In this document: piece after piece, positions 26,397 to 36,273 of the stretch
Numbering within the stretch: position 1 is the stretch's first letter
Layout of the letters: each line of letters starts with the position of its first letter
Virus record (IMG/VR): IMGVR_UViG_3300020181_000321
Coordinates: 1-45,455 of that record
DNA from: a virus
Lineage: Duplodnaviria; Caudoviricetes
Direction: 5' to 3' (one strand)
Length of the DNA stretch: 45,455 nt
Notes under the pieces: model-generated
Told to the model about the DNA's origin: nothing
The model's database searches: none
What the model saw: the letters and a program-made list of their open reading frames with translations, nothing else
Translations under genes and position numbers: made by a program

Positions 26397-28007
26397 GTGC
26401 CGCTGCCCGACGGCGGGAAGACCCCGTGGCCCCCGAAGGCGCTGGACGACGTGTTCGCGCGGATCGACTCGTGGGACGCCTGGTACACCGGCGAGCCGGA
26501 CCACCTGGCCGAGGTCTACGGCGGCCTCGGCGGTGGCCGGGGGTTCGACACCACCTCCCGTGCGCGAGTGCGCAACCGGCCCAGCCAGTACCGCGGTGGC
26601 GTGCTGGGCAGGGTGTCCAGGTGGTTCTGGGGCGCGCCGACCGACGCCGGTGAGGTGCCCTCGCGGCTGCACATGCCGCTGGCCGGTGACATCGCCCAGA
26701 AGTCCACCCGCCTGCTATTCGCCGAACCGCCCCGGCTGAAGATCGCCCACGCGGCCACGCAGAAGCGCCTGGACAAGCAGTTCGAGTCCCTGCACGCGAG
26801 CCTGCTGGAGGCCGGCGAGACCTGCGCCGGGCTGGGCGGCGTCTACCTGCGGGTGGTCTGGGACGACACCATCGCTCCGGCTCCGTGGCTGCACGCGGCG
26901 CACGCCGACCAGGCCGTGCCCGAGTGGACGTGGGGCCGGCTCAAGGCGGTGACGTTCTGGCGCATCCTGCTCCAGGACAACCAGCGCGTCGTGCGGCACC
27001 TGGAGCGGCACGAGCCGGGCGTGATCCTGCACGGCGTCTACGAGGGCACCCCGGACACCCTCGGCAAGAAGGGCTCGCTGGAGGCGTACCCCGACACCGA
27101 GGACCTGGCCGAGCGGGTCGAGACCGGCACGACGCGCCTGACCGTGGTGTACGTGCCGAACATGAGGCCCAACCGGGTGTGGCGCAACATCCCGGCCGCC
27201 GAGCCGCTGGGCCGCGCCGACATCTCCGGCGCGGAGACCCCGCTGGACCAGCTGGACGAGACCTGGACCTCCCTCATGCGCGACCTGCGCCTGGGCAAGG
27301 GCCGGGTCTTCGTCCCCGACGTCTACCTCGGCTCGAACGGCCCCGGGCAGGGCGCGACGTGGAACCCCGAGCGGGAGGTCTACGCGACGCTGAACATGCT
27401 GCCGGGCGCAGGCGACGGCAGCATGATCACCGCGTCGCAGTTCGACATCCGCGTCGACGAGCACCTGGGGATAGCCCGCCAGCTCACGATCGAGATCCTG
27501 CGCAGCGCCGGCTACAGCCTGCAGTCGTTCGGCCTGGACGGCGAGGTCGAGGCGACCGCGACCGAGGTCACCGCCCGCGAGCGCGACTCCGGGCTGACCC
27601 GCGGGCACAAGATCCTGTACTGGAAGCCGGCGCTGGCAGAGGCCGTGCTGACGCTGCAGGAGGTGGACCGGGCGCAGTTCGGCGCGGACATCGTGCCGCA
27701 GGAGGTCGAGGTCGACTGGCCCGACGGCGTGGCCGAGGACGAGGAGAAGACCGCGCGCACGCTGCAGATGCTCCACGCGGCCGAGGCGATCTCGATCCGG
27801 ACCCGCGTCGAGCGCCTGAATCCCGACTGGCCCAAGGAGCGGGTCGACCGGGAGGTCCTGGAGATCCGCCGGGACCTAGGCATGGTCGACGCGGACCCGG
27901 CCGAGGACCTGGGCGCCGTTGCGGCCACCGGCGCCATGCCCCGCACCGCCACCGGCGACGAGCCGGATGACGAACAGGACGACGCGGAGGACGAGCCCAC
28001 AGCCTGA
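26397..28007 (+). CDS. Portal protein (SPP1/A118-like)
   Basis: 536 aa after terL; LDETWTS..RD.RLG, IRVDEH, TATEV, acidic tail. Confidence 0.92.
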   Translation: MPLPDGGKTPWPPKALDDVFARIDSWDAWYTGEPDHLAEVYGGLGGGRGFDTTSRARVRNRPSQYRGGVLGRVSRWFWGAPTDAGEVPSRLHMPLAGDIAQKSTRLLFAEPPRLKIAHAATQKRLDKQFESLHASLLEAGETCAGLGGVYLRVVWDDTIAPAPWLHAAHADQAVPEWTWGRLKAVTFWRILLQDNQRVVRHLERHEPGVILHGVYEGTPDTLGKKGSLEAYPDTEDLAERVETGTTRLTVVYVPNMRPNRVWRNIPAAEPLGRADISGAETPLDQLDETWTSLMRDLRLGKGRVFVPDVYLGSNGPGQGATWNPEREVYATLNMLPGAGDGSMITASQFDIRVDEHLGIARQLTIEILRSAGYSLQSFGLDGEVEATATEVTARERDSGLTRGHKILYWKPALAEAVLTLQEVDRAQFGADIVPQEVEVDWPDGVAEDEEKTARTLQMLHAAEAISIRTRVERLNPDWPKERVDREVLEIRRDLGMVDADPAEDLGAVAATGAMPRTATGDEPDDEQDDAEDEPTA

Positions 28008-28029
28008 TCGCGCCGGGAGGTGATCCCCG

Positions 28030-30738
28030 GTGGCGGTCGATCCCGACCGGTTGGACGAGATCGCCGGCGCGGTCGCCGCGGTCTACCGCGAGGCCGAGAC
28101 CGCGCTCGCCGCGCTCATCGCCCAGCACCTGGCCGGTGACCTGGACAGCGACATGCAGGCTCCCGCCTGGGCGCAGAAGAAGCTGGCTGCGGTCGCGGCG
28201 CTGCGCCGCTCGGCGCAGGCGGTGATCGCCGGGCTCCAGGCCGCCGGGCCGGGCGCGGTCCGGGACGCGGCAGCCGCCGCGTTCCGCGAGGGCTGGTCCT
28301 CCGCGCTGGCCGAGCTGCCCAAGTCCTGGTTCCCGGCCTCCGGGCTCGGCCAGGACGCGCAGGCTGCCATCGAGCAGCTGCCCGGGTTCGCCGCGGTGGA
28401 GGCCCTGGCGAACGCGGTCTACGCCGACATCGGCGAGAAGAGCAGGAACATCCTGCGCGACGTCCTGGACGCCTACCGGAAGGTCATCACCGCAGCCACC
28501 GCGCGCACCGTCACCGGCGTCCAGACCCGGCGCCAGGCGGCCCAGGCCGCGTGGCAGGCGCTGCGGGACCGGGGCGTCACCGGGTTCACCGACCGGGCCG
28601 GGCGCCGCTGGAAGCTCTCGTCGTACGTGGAGATGGCCGTGCGCACGGTCACCCAGCGCGCCGCGGTGCAGGGGCAGACCGACCGGCTCGCCACGCTCGG
28701 CGTGCAGCTGGTGATGGTGTCCAACGCGCCGCAGGAGTGCGTGCTGTGCCGGCCGTACGAGGGCCAGGTGCTGCGCCTGGACGCGGGCCCGACCGGCGCG
28801 ATCAGCGTGCCGCACGAGCTGACCGACGCCCCGATGACGGTGGAGATCGTCGCCACCCTGGCCGAGGCCCAGCTGCGCGGGCTGTTCCACCCGAACTGCC
28901 GGCACAGCGTGTCGGCGTACCTGCCCGGGGTGTCGAAGCCGGCGCCGCAGCCGACCGCGGACCCTGACGGCGACCGGGCCCGGCAGCAGCAGCGGGCGCT
29001 GGAACGCGAGATCCGGCGCCACAAGACCGCCGAGGCCGCCGCGCTGGGCGAGGAGGACCGCAAGGCCGCCCGCCGCAAGGTCGCGGGCGCGCAGGCGCGG
29101 ATGCGCGAGCACCTGAAGGCCAACCCGACGCTGAAGCGCCTGCCGTACCGGGAGGCCATCGGCGCGGGCAACATCCCCCCGAAGGGCAAGGGCGGCCCCG
29201 CGGGCGCCATCGGCCCGGACCTGCCGCCCACGCTGGACGGCGGGCCCGGCAGCGCGCCGAAGCCCACCGGGCGCGCGCCGGACGAGCAGGCCGTCACGGT
29301 CAACGACGAGCACCAGGCCGACCTGCTCGCCGACGTCGCGCCGGGCCCGGAGCCCGTCGACCCGCTCGGCGGCATGGTCCTCAAGCCCAAGCCGCGCGGT
29401 GTCCAGGACGGCGACTTCGCCGGCCTGCGCCGGGTCGGCCCGCAGGGCGGCTCGAACCCGGGCGGGCTGTACGAGGACGCCGACGGCGTGCGCTGGTACG
29501 TCAAGGCGCAGCGCTCCGAGGAGCACGCGCGCAACGAGACCGCGGCCTCCGCGCTGTACCGGGAGGCCGGGGTCGACGTCCCCGAGGTCCACCTCGGGCG
29601 CGGCACGCCGGACCTGTCCGGCGACTGGCACACCGCCTCCCGAGTGCTCGACGGCGACCAGGTGTCCGACCCGGACGCCGTGCGCGAGCAGCTCCGCGAG
29701 GGCTACGGCGTGGACGCCTGGCTGGCGAACTGGGACATCGTCGGCGCCACGTTCGACAACGTCATCCGGACCCCGGACGGCAAGGTCGCCCGGATCGACC
29801 TCGGCGGGTCGATCCTGTTCCGCGCCCAGGGCGGCCCGAAGGGCGCGCGGTTCGGCGAGACGGTGGACGAGTGGCTGTCCCTGCGCGACCGCCACAGGGC
29901 GCCCCAGGCCAGCCGCGTGTTCACCGGGATGAGCCCCGTCGAGCAGCTGGCCGCCGTGCAGCGGGTCACCCGGATCAAGGTCGGCAGGATCCGGGAGATC
30001 GTCGCGGCGGCCGGGCTGCCCAAGTCGGTCGCTGACCTGCTCGTCGCACGCCGGCGGGACCTGGCCAAGCGCCTGCCCGCGCTGCGCGAGCAGGCCAAGC
30101 GGCAGCGGGCGTGGGAGAAGGCGCACAAGTCCGCGGTGAAGGGCCGCGCCGGGTTGGCCACTCCCCCGCTCCAGCTCACCTACACCGACCGGCGGCTGCT
30201 GCCCCGCCCCGCGGGCTGGAGTTCCAGCCGGCTGTTCCAGGTGACTGCGGCGGTGGCGGACTACCGGGGCTCGGGCTACCGCCAGATCAACGGCTACCTG
30301 CGGCACGGCGCCGGTGACCGCAGCGACACCGTCGCCCGCATCGACGAGGCGATGGAGCTGTCGACGCTGCCGAAGGCGGTGGGGGTCCACCGGGGCATCC
30401 TCGACCCGGCCAAGGTCTTCGGCGCCGCGTGGAACGACGTGGACGTGACCGGCCTGGAGTGGGTCGAGAAGGGCTACTCGTCCACCACGGTCGACGTTCG
30501 GGTCGCAAGGGAGTTCAGCTCCGGTGGTGGGGGGCGCGTGATGATGCGCGTCGTGCTGCCGAAGGGCACCCGGGCGATCCGGCTGTCCGACATGGCCGGC
30601 CCGGGGCAGCCGCTCGGCGGTATCAGCACCGAGGCCGAGGTACTCGGCAGCCGGCAGCTGCGGTACCGCGTGGTGGCCGACCATGGATTCGACGAGCAAG
30701 GCACGAGGCACGTGGATGTGGAGGTGATCCAGTCATGA
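28030..30738 (+). CDS. Minor capsid (MuF-like) protein fused to a HipA/CtkA-like kinase and a VIP2-type ADP-ribosyltransferase
   Basis: N: D.AGR.W...YVEMAVRT, C..C.P.EG, GLFHPNCRH, QRALER.IR. Kinase: GGSNPGG..YVK..NE, LANWD....DN, RIDLGGS. ART: Y..INGYLR, VHRG, GYSSTT, EAEVL. Confidence 0.88.
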   Translation: MAVDPDRLDEIAGAVAAVYREAETALAALIAQHLAGDLDSDMQAPAWAQKKLAAVAALRRSAQAVIAGLQAAGPGAVRDAAAAAFREGWSSALAELPKSWFPASGLGQDAQAAIEQLPGFAAVEALANAVYADIGEKSRNILRDVLDAYRKVITAATARTVTGVQTRRQAAQAAWQALRDRGVTGFTDRAGRRWKLSSYVEMAVRTVTQRAAVQGQTDRLATLGVQLVMVSNAPQECVLCRPYEGQVLRLDAGPTGAISVPHELTDAPMTVEIVATLAEAQLRGLFHPNCRHSVSAYLPGVSKPAPQPTADPDGDRARQQQRALEREIRRHKTAEAAALGEEDRKAARRKVAGAQARMREHLKANPTLKRLPYREAIGAGNIPPKGKGGPAGAIGPDLPPTLDGGPGSAPKPTGRAPDEQAVTVNDEHQADLLADVAPGPEPVDPLGGMVLKPKPRGVQDGDFAGLRRVGPQGGSNPGGLYEDADGVRWYVKAQRSEEHARNETAASALYREAGVDVPEVHLGRGTPDLSGDWHTASRVLDGDQVSDPDAVREQLREGYGVDAWLANWDIVGATFDNVIRTPDGKVARIDLGGSILFRAQGGPKGARFGETVDEWLSLRDRHRAPQASRVFTGMSPVEQLAAVQRVTRIKVGRIREIVAAAGLPKSVADLLVARRRDLAKRLPALREQAKRQRAWEKAHKSAVKGRAGLATPPLQLTYTDRRLLPRPAGWSSSRLFQVTAAVADYRGSGYRQINGYLRHGAGDRSDTVARIDEAMELSTLPKAVGVHRGILDPAKVFGAAWNDVDVTGLEWVEKGYSSTTVDVRVAREFSSGGGGRVMMRVVLPKGTRAIRLSDMAGPGQPLGGISTEAEVLGSRQLRYRVVADHGFDEQGTRHVDVEVIQS

Positions 30739-30854
30739 CCGACCCCGACGAGCCGACGTCCATCACCGACCGGTGGGACGACACCGAAGTCGAGGTGGTA
30801 GCCCCGCCCGAACAGCCCCCGCGGGGCGAGCCGCTCGAACCGCCGTCCCGCTGA
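30735..30854 (+). CDS. Tiny acidic ORF (39 aa), candidate immunity protein
   Basis: MTDPDEPTSITDRWDDTEVEVV..; GGAGG-like RBS; ATGA overlap with the toxin gene. Confidence 0.55.
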   Translation: MTDPDEPTSITDRWDDTEVEVVAPPEQPPRGEPLEPPSR

Positions 30855-30860
30855 CCGAAC

Positions 30861-30897
30861 CGACCAAGGCCCCGTCACCCCGACGGGGCCTTGGTCG
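30861..30897 (+). terminator. 16-bp stem hairpin closing the toxin unit
   Basis: CGACCAAGGCCCCGTC-ACCCC-GACGGGGCCTTGGTCG. Confidence 0.7.
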
Positions 30898-31052
30898 TGG
30901 GCGGCGCCGAGCCAGGCGCCCGGTGCCGTCCCGTCTCGTGCCGCCGTCGCGCGGCACCCCCACGACTTTCCCGCGTGCGACCGCACGGCCGCGCGGGGCA
31001 GATCCGCGATCCCCTCGGCCGGCTGACCCGGCCCCATGCCCTGGAGGGCTCC

Positions 31053-31874
31053 ATGCAGCACGCGCTCAGGCCGGTTGACCCGGCCGGCGACAGCACGACC
31101 ATCCTGCCCGTCCACCCGGTCACCGGGCTCCGCGCGCTCGGCCTCACGCGCCGCGGTCCGGTGTGGCCCGTCCTCGGCGGCAGCGGCGAGGACGACGGCA
31201 GCACCGGCGAGGACGGCAGCGCCGGAGACGACTCCGGCTCGAACGACAGCGGCGGCCAGGACGGCGACGGCGGGGCGGACTCCGGCCGACGCGGTGACGG
31301 CGGCCGGGACGACAGCACGAAGCCGGACAGCAAGGCCGCCCCGAAGGAGATCAAGGACCTCCCGACCTGGGCGCAGAAGATCATCCGCGACGCGCGTAAG
31401 CAGGCCGGCGACGAACGCAACAAGGTCACCGCAGTCGAGAAGTCCATGCAGGACAAGCTCGACGGCATCGCGGTCGCCCTCGGCCTGAAGAAGGGCGAGG
31501 AGGTCGACCCGAAGAAGCTGGCCGACCAGCTCACCGCCGAACGCGACAAGGCCGCGCAGGACGCGCAGGACGCGCGCACCGAACTGGCCGTGGTCCGGGC
31601 GGCGGACGACCACAAGGCGGACCCCGGGGCGCTGCTGGACAGCCGGGAGTTCATGCGCGAGGTCCGCGAGCTGGACGCCACCGGCAAGGACTTCGCTAAG
31701 GACCTCGCCGAGCTGATCAAGGCGCGGGTCAAGGACAACCCGAAGCGCTACGGCCGCGACGCGCCCGCCCCCAGCAAGTCCGGCAGCGACGGCATGACCG
31801 GCGGCCGGGGCAAGCCCCCGCGGTCCGGCTCGCTCTACGAGGCCATCACCGCAACCACCAACCAGCAGAGCTAA
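31053..31874 (+). CDS. Capsid scaffolding protein
   Basis: D/G-rich N-terminus, LP.WAQK.I...R, coiled coil, LLDSR.F; precedes MCP. Confidence 0.85.
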   Translation: MQHALRPVDPAGDSTTILPVHPVTGLRALGLTRRGPVWPVLGGSGEDDGSTGEDGSAGDDSGSNDSGGQDGDGGADSGRRGDGGRDDSTKPDSKAAPKEIKDLPTWAQKIIRDARKQAGDERNKVTAVEKSMQDKLDGIAVALGLKKGEEVDPKKLADQLTAERDKAAQDAQDARTELAVVRAADDHKADPGALLDSREFMREVRELDATGKDFAKDLAELIKARVKDNPKRYGRDAPAPSKSGSDGMTGGRGKPPRSGSLYEAITATTNQQS

Positions 31875-31892
31875 CAACCCGAGGAGAGGCAC

Positions 31893-32951
31893 ATGCCTGT
31901 CACTCTCGCGCAGGCTGAGATCAACGCCCGCGCCGACATCGACCACGCGGTGATCCGCAACCTCCGGCAGTACTCGTGGCTGTGGGACCAGATCGTGTGG
32001 GACGACACCGCGACGCCGGGCACCGGCGGTGCCTCGCTCGTCTACGGCTTCACCCTGCTCACCCAGCCGCGCAGCGGCCAGTTCCGGCGCCTGAACACCG
32101 AGTACAGCACCGACTCGGCCGTGCGCGAGCAGAAGACGGTGTCGCTCAAGCCGTTCGGCGGGGCGTTCAGCATCGACCGTGTCCTGCGCGGCCTGGGTCC
32201 GGCGCAGACCAACGAGCTGGCGTTCCAGATGCAGGAGCTGCTGACCGGCGCGACGATCCGGCTGCAGGAGGAGATCGTCAACGGCGACGTCGCGGTGGAC
32301 GACGCCGGGTTCGACGGCCTGGACAAGCTGCTGACCGGCGCGTCGACCGAGTACATCCCGAACGCGACCGGCGCGATGTACGCGGACTGGTCTCCCGGCG
32401 CGATCGACACCCAGGCCAAGGCGAACATCCAGCTGGACATCGTCTCGGACTGGCTGTCGCGGATCGTGCCGTCCAAGGTCGGTGGCGGCGACCTGGGCGC
32501 GCCCGGTGCGCTGCCCTCCGGCGTCAAGGCGATCCTGGGCAACAACCAGTCCATCAACCGGCTCCAGGCGCTGGCCCGCTGGGCGGGCATCTACACCGAG
32601 ACCAAGGACGACCTGGGCCGGGAGATCACCCGGTACGGCCAGTGGACGCTGGTCGACATCGGCGACCGGGCCCTGGACAACGGGCCGATCATCCCGATCG
32701 AGACCCGCGACCCCGACGGCGGCGGCGCGGGCAGCAACGTCCCCAACCTCACCGACCTCTACGCGGTCAGCTTCGGCCTGGACGCCTTCCACGGCGCGGC
32801 CATGGCGGGCAAGCCGCTGGTGGAGACCTTCATGCCGGACTGGAGCGCGCCCGGCGCGGTGAAGTCCGGCGAAATCGAGATCGGTCCCGGCGCGATGGTC
32901 CTGCGCAACACCAAGTCCGCCGGCGTGCTCCGCAACGTCAAGGTCGCCTGA
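31893..32951 (+). CDS. Major capsid protein
   Basis: MPVTLAQA, FR.LN.EY, GG.F.IDR, NGD....FDGL, AGVLRNVKV; position. Confidence 0.92.
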   Translation: MPVTLAQAEINARADIDHAVIRNLRQYSWLWDQIVWDDTATPGTGGASLVYGFTLLTQPRSGQFRRLNTEYSTDSAVREQKTVSLKPFGGAFSIDRVLRGLGPAQTNELAFQMQELLTGATIRLQEEIVNGDVAVDDAGFDGLDKLLTGASTEYIPNATGAMYADWSPGAIDTQAKANIQLDIVSDWLSRIVPSKVGGGDLGAPGALPSGVKAILGNNQSINRLQALARWAGIYTETKDDLGREITRYGQWTLVDIGDRALDNGPIIPIETRDPDGGGAGSNVPNLTDLYAVSFGLDAFHGAAMAGKPLVETFMPDWSAPGAVKSGEIEIGPGAMVLRNTKSAGVLRNVKVA

Positions 32952-32962
32952 GAGGAAGCCTC

Positions 32963-33373
32963 ATGGCTGTTCAGCACTTCCGCATCGCGGCCCCCGAGAA
33001 GCTGTTCGACGGCGCCGTCGCCGGCGTGCGGTTCCACCGAGGCGTCGCCGTCCTGTCCGTGGACGTCGACGCCCCCCGGCCGGAAGGCGCCACCCGCTAC
33101 CCGGCCGCCGTCACCGCGCTGGCCTACTTCCGGCGCAAGGGCTACCTGGTCGAGGAGGTCGACTCCCCGGCCGACGTGCAGCCCGAGCCCGGTCCGGTCG
33201 GCACGCCGAACTCCCGCACTGCCAAGGAGGCCGAGGTCCTCGGCCTCCAGGGCGCGCCCACCCCGGCCGGCGGCGGCCCGGCGCAGGTTCCCGACGGCGG
33301 CCAGGCCGACGACGACAAGCAGACCAAGCCGCCCGCCAAGTCCACGACGACCAAGAAGGAGCCGGCGAAGTGA
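32963..33373 (+). CDS. Head-associated hypothetical protein
   Basis: GV.F..G..A..LAYFRRKGY.VE; follows MCP. Confidence 0.7.
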   Translation: MAVQHFRIAAPEKLFDGAVAGVRFHRGVAVLSVDVDAPRPEGATRYPAAVTALAYFRRKGYLVEEVDSPADVQPEPGPVGTPNSRTAKEAEVLGLQGAPTPAGGGPAQVPDGGQADDDKQTKPPAKSTTTKKEPAK

Positions 33374-33957
33374 CGGTGCACGGCCGCTACCCCCGCGTCG
33401 TCGCGGACAGCCCCGCGCTCGACCTGCCCTACCGGGACCTGCCCGGTGTCGACCAGGACCTGTTCGTGCGCAGCAACATCCCCGTGTGGGCGTGCACGTC
33501 GGACCTGGCGGCGACCGCCACCGGCGTGGCGATCGGCACCCGCGTGTTCCTCCGCAAGGGCGACGTCGTCACGAACCTGACGTTCGCGTCCGGTGCCACC
33601 GCAGGCGCCACCATCACCAACTGGTGGCACGCCCTGTACGACGAGGCGGGCGCCAAGCTGGGCCAGTCCGCGGACCAAGGCAGTGCGGGCTGGGCGGCGA
33701 ACACTGCGAAGAAGCTGGCGCTCGCCTCGCCGGTGACGATCGAGCGCGACGGCTGGTACATCGTGGCCACGTCGATGACGGCCACCACGGTGCCGTCGCT
33801 GATCGGCGCCGCGCCGATCGTGACCGCGACCGCGTCCGTCCACACCGGCAGCAAGGCGCTCGGCGTCACCTTCGGCAGCGCGCTGGGCGGCACCGCGCCG
33901 GCCACGACCGGCGCGCAGACCGGCGTCGCCAAGTGCCCGCTGGCGATCGTCAGCTGA
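33370..33957 (+). CDS. Putative capsid decoration / virion beta-domain protein
   Basis: Ala/Thr-rich; shares a domain with the C-terminus of 21887..23833. Confidence 0.65.
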   Translation: MTVHGRYPRVVADSPALDLPYRDLPGVDQDLFVRSNIPVWACTSDLAATATGVAIGTRVFLRKGDVVTNLTFASGATAGATITNWWHALYDEAGAKLGQSADQGSAGWAANTAKKLALASPVTIERDGWYIVATSMTATTVPSLIGAAPIVTATASVHTGSKALGVTFGSALGGTAPATTGAQTGVAKCPLAIVS

Positions 33958-34019
33958 AGCCTCCGCCGGGCCGCGTCCGGGAGAGCGCGGCCCGGCGGAC
34001 CTCACCCCGGAGGTCCCCT

Positions 34020-34265
34020 GTGACCACGTACGAGCGAGTCGACGAGCACGGCCGGATGGTCGAGCGCGTCACCCCGGCCCCCGGCGACCTGGAGGACATC
34101 CGACTGGGCTGCGCGGTGCTGGACGGCACCGGCGGCTGGCGCGTCCAGGGCGCCGAGCCCGTCCAGGCCGAGCAGCCGCCCGCGGAGACCACCCCCACCA
34201 TCCCGGCCGGGTCGACGCCGAACGTCGGCCCGCGCCGGGCCGAGCAGAAGGAGAGCCCGCGGTGA
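34020..34265 (+). CDS. Hypothetical protein
   Basis: GGAGG RBS; coupled downstream. Confidence 0.6.
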   Translation: MTTYERVDEHGRMVERVTPAPGDLEDIRLGCAVLDGTGGWRVQGAEPVQAEQPPAETTPTIPAGSTPNVGPRRAEQKESPR

Positions 34266-34765
34266 CGCTGAACGCGCGCATCACCCTCGGCGTGCTCGCC
34301 GAGCTGTCCCACCAGCTCGACCTGGCCGCCGCCGCAGCGCCGCTGACGGTCTCGAAGTCCGTGCCGCTGCTGCACGGCACCGGCGTGAGCCAGGTGGACC
34401 GGATGTTCGCCGACACCCGCACGGTCGCCGCCTCAGCGACGGACTCGCTGGACTTGGCGGGCGGCGGCCTGACCGACCTGCTGGGCGCGGCGGTGACGTT
34501 CGCCAAGCTCAAGGCCGTGATCGTGGCCGCCAGCGCGGCCAACACCAACAACGTCGTCATCACCCGGCCCGCGCCCAACGGTGTGCCGCTGTTCGCGGCG
34601 GCCGGGGACGCGTGCGCGGTGCAGCCCGGTGGCCTGTTCGTGTGGGTCGCACCGGGCGCCGGGGTCACGGTCACCGCGGGCACCGGTGACCTGCTCGACC
34701 TGGTCAACTCCGGCGCGGGCAGCACGGTCACCTACGACGTGGTGCTGCTCGGGACGAGCGCGTAG
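34262..34765 (+). CDS. Putative virion structural protein
   Basis: DTRT.AA...SLDLAG..L.D..G..VTFA..K..T.GTGDLL pattern; lies in head-neck region. Confidence 0.7.
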   Translation: MTLNARITLGVLAELSHQLDLAAAAAPLTVSKSVPLLHGTGVSQVDRMFADTRTVAASATDSLDLAGGGLTDLLGAAVTFAKLKAVIVAASAANTNNVVITRPAPNGVPLFAAAGDACAVQPGGLFVWVAPGAGVTVTAGTGDLLDLVNSGAGSTVTYDVVLLGTSA

Positions 34766-34767
34766 CC

Positions 34768-35190
34768 GTGGGCCGGGTCTACGCCACCGAGTCCGACCTG
34801 ATCGGCTACGGCGCGCCGCCCGGCGTCACCGTGCCCACCGGCACGGCGGCGGCCTGGTCCTTGGCGCGCGCGTCCGAGCACGTCGACGAGCTGCTGCTGC
34901 TCGCGGTGTACGACGTCGACCAGAGCGGCCTGCCGACCGCCACCGCGGTGGCCGAGGCGCTGCGGGACGCGACGTGCGCCCAGGTCGTGTGGTGGGCCGA
35001 GACCGGGCGCAGCCCGAGCGGCGCGCCGCCGCGCTACAGCGACGTCAAGCTCGGCAGCCTCCAGCTGACCAAGACCGCGGGCGCGTCCGCCGGCGGAGGC
35101 GGCAGCGACCGGTTCGCGCCGGGCGCGGTGCGGCACCTGTCGCTGGCCGGGCTGCTCGGCGGGCAGCCGTCCACCGGCTGGTGGTGCTGA
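34768..35190 (+). CDS. Head-tail adaptor
   Basis: YAT..DL, L.RAS..VD, ATCAQV. Confidence 0.8.
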   Translation: MGRVYATESDLIGYGAPPGVTVPTGTAAAWSLARASEHVDELLLLAVYDVDQSGLPTATAVAEALRDATCAQVVWWAETGRSPSGAPPRYSDVKLGSLQLTKTAGASAGGGGSDRFAPGAVRHLSLAGLLGGQPSTGWWC

Positions 35191-35504
35191 TGGCGCCGAT
35201 TCCCGACGAGCTGCTGGTGCACGAGGCGGTGATCGAGCCGTACAAGGGCGAGGGCGGCCGGGGCGCGCTCTACGGCCCGCCGACCACCGTGCGGTGCTTC
35301 CGCGAGGACGCGCGCCGCCAGGTCCGCGACCAGCTCGGCGAGCTGGTGGTGTCCGAGACGACGCTCTACGCGCGGCCCGGCACCGCCGCCCCGCCGAAGT
35401 CCCGCGTCACCACCAACGGGCGCACGGCGTTCGTCATCGCCGTGAAGGACCACGACTCGGGCACCGCGGAGGAGATCGACCACGTGGAGGTGCGGCTGAC
35501 GTGA
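35190..35504 (+). CDS. Head-to-tail stopper
   Basis: VRD..G..VVS.T, P..SRV, H.EV.L. Confidence 0.8.
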   Translation: MAPIPDELLVHEAVIEPYKGEGGRGALYGPPTTVRCFREDARRQVRDQLGELVVSETTLYARPGTAAPPKSRVTTNGRTAFVIAVKDHDSGTAEEIDHVEVRLT

Positions 35505-35851
35505 CGTACAAGGTGGACCTCGACTGGAACGGCACGAAGGTCACCGCCGAGATGGAGACCGGCGCGGTGGCCGGGCTGCGCAAGGGCACCGAACACGTGC
35601 TCGGCGCCTCGCGCGCGGTGGTGCCGCTGGAGGAGGCCACGCTGGAGCGCTCCGGTGTGGCCAGCGTGGACGCCGCCGAGCTGACCGGCGCCGTCTCCTA
35701 CGACACCCCGTACGCCGCCCGCCAGCACGAGGAGCTGACCTGGCAGCACGACCAGGGCCGCACCGCGAAGTACCTGGAACGGCCGATGGAGGAGGAGGCC
35801 GAGACCGTGCACGCGCTCATCGCGGCCGAGATCCGACGGTCACTGACGTGA
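35501..35851 (+). CDS. Neck / HK97 gp10-like protein
   Basis: VP.E..TL.RS, YDTPYA.RQHE, AKYLE. Confidence 0.82.
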   Translation: MTYKVDLDWNGTKVTAEMETGAVAGLRKGTEHVLGASRAVVPLEEATLERSGVASVDAAELTGAVSYDTPYAARQHEELTWQHDQGRTAKYLERPMEEEAETVHALIAAEIRRSLT

Positions 35852-36273
35852 GCCTGCTGGAGCAGTACGCGGTGCTGGCCGAGGAGCGCGGGCTGGGCCT
35901 GTACCGGCCGGACAGCGCCGGCGGCAGCATCTTCCTGGGCCGGCTTCCCGACCGGCCGGACCTCGCGGTCGCCATCGCCCGCTACGCCGGCGGCGAGTCC
36001 GACGCCCGGCTGGGCTACGACGACCTGCGTTTGCAGTTCCGGGTGCGCGGCCCGCACGGCGACTACACGGTCGGCGAGGACCTGGCGCAGCGCGTCTACG
36101 ACGAGCTGCACGGCCTGCCGTCCCGCTACCTGCCGGACGGCACGTGGATGGTCGACCTGGTGGGCCTGCAGACCGGCCCGGCCGACATCGGCCCCGACGA
36201 GCACCACCGCCCGGAGTGGACGGTGAACTTCCGCTCCGAGGTGCGCCGCGCCGGCGGCCCGAACCGCACCTGA
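35848..36273 (+). CDS. Tail terminator
   Basis: LPD.PD, Q.RVRG, G.D...R.EW.VNF. Confidence 0.8.
   Translation: MSLLEQYAVLAEERGLGLYRPDSAGGSIFLGRLPDRPDLAVAIARYAGGESDARLGYDDLRLQFRVRGPHGDYTVGEDLAQRVYDELHGLPSRYLPDGTWMVDLVGLQTGPADIGPDEHHRPEWTVNFRSEVRRAGGPNRT

Noticed and set aside
27568-30711. 1047-aa minus-strand ORF and similar long antisense ORFs (21722..24166, 30474..32792, 39319..41499)
   Set aside because: Shadow frames of high-GC coding genes; no motifs, and opposite well-supported genes.
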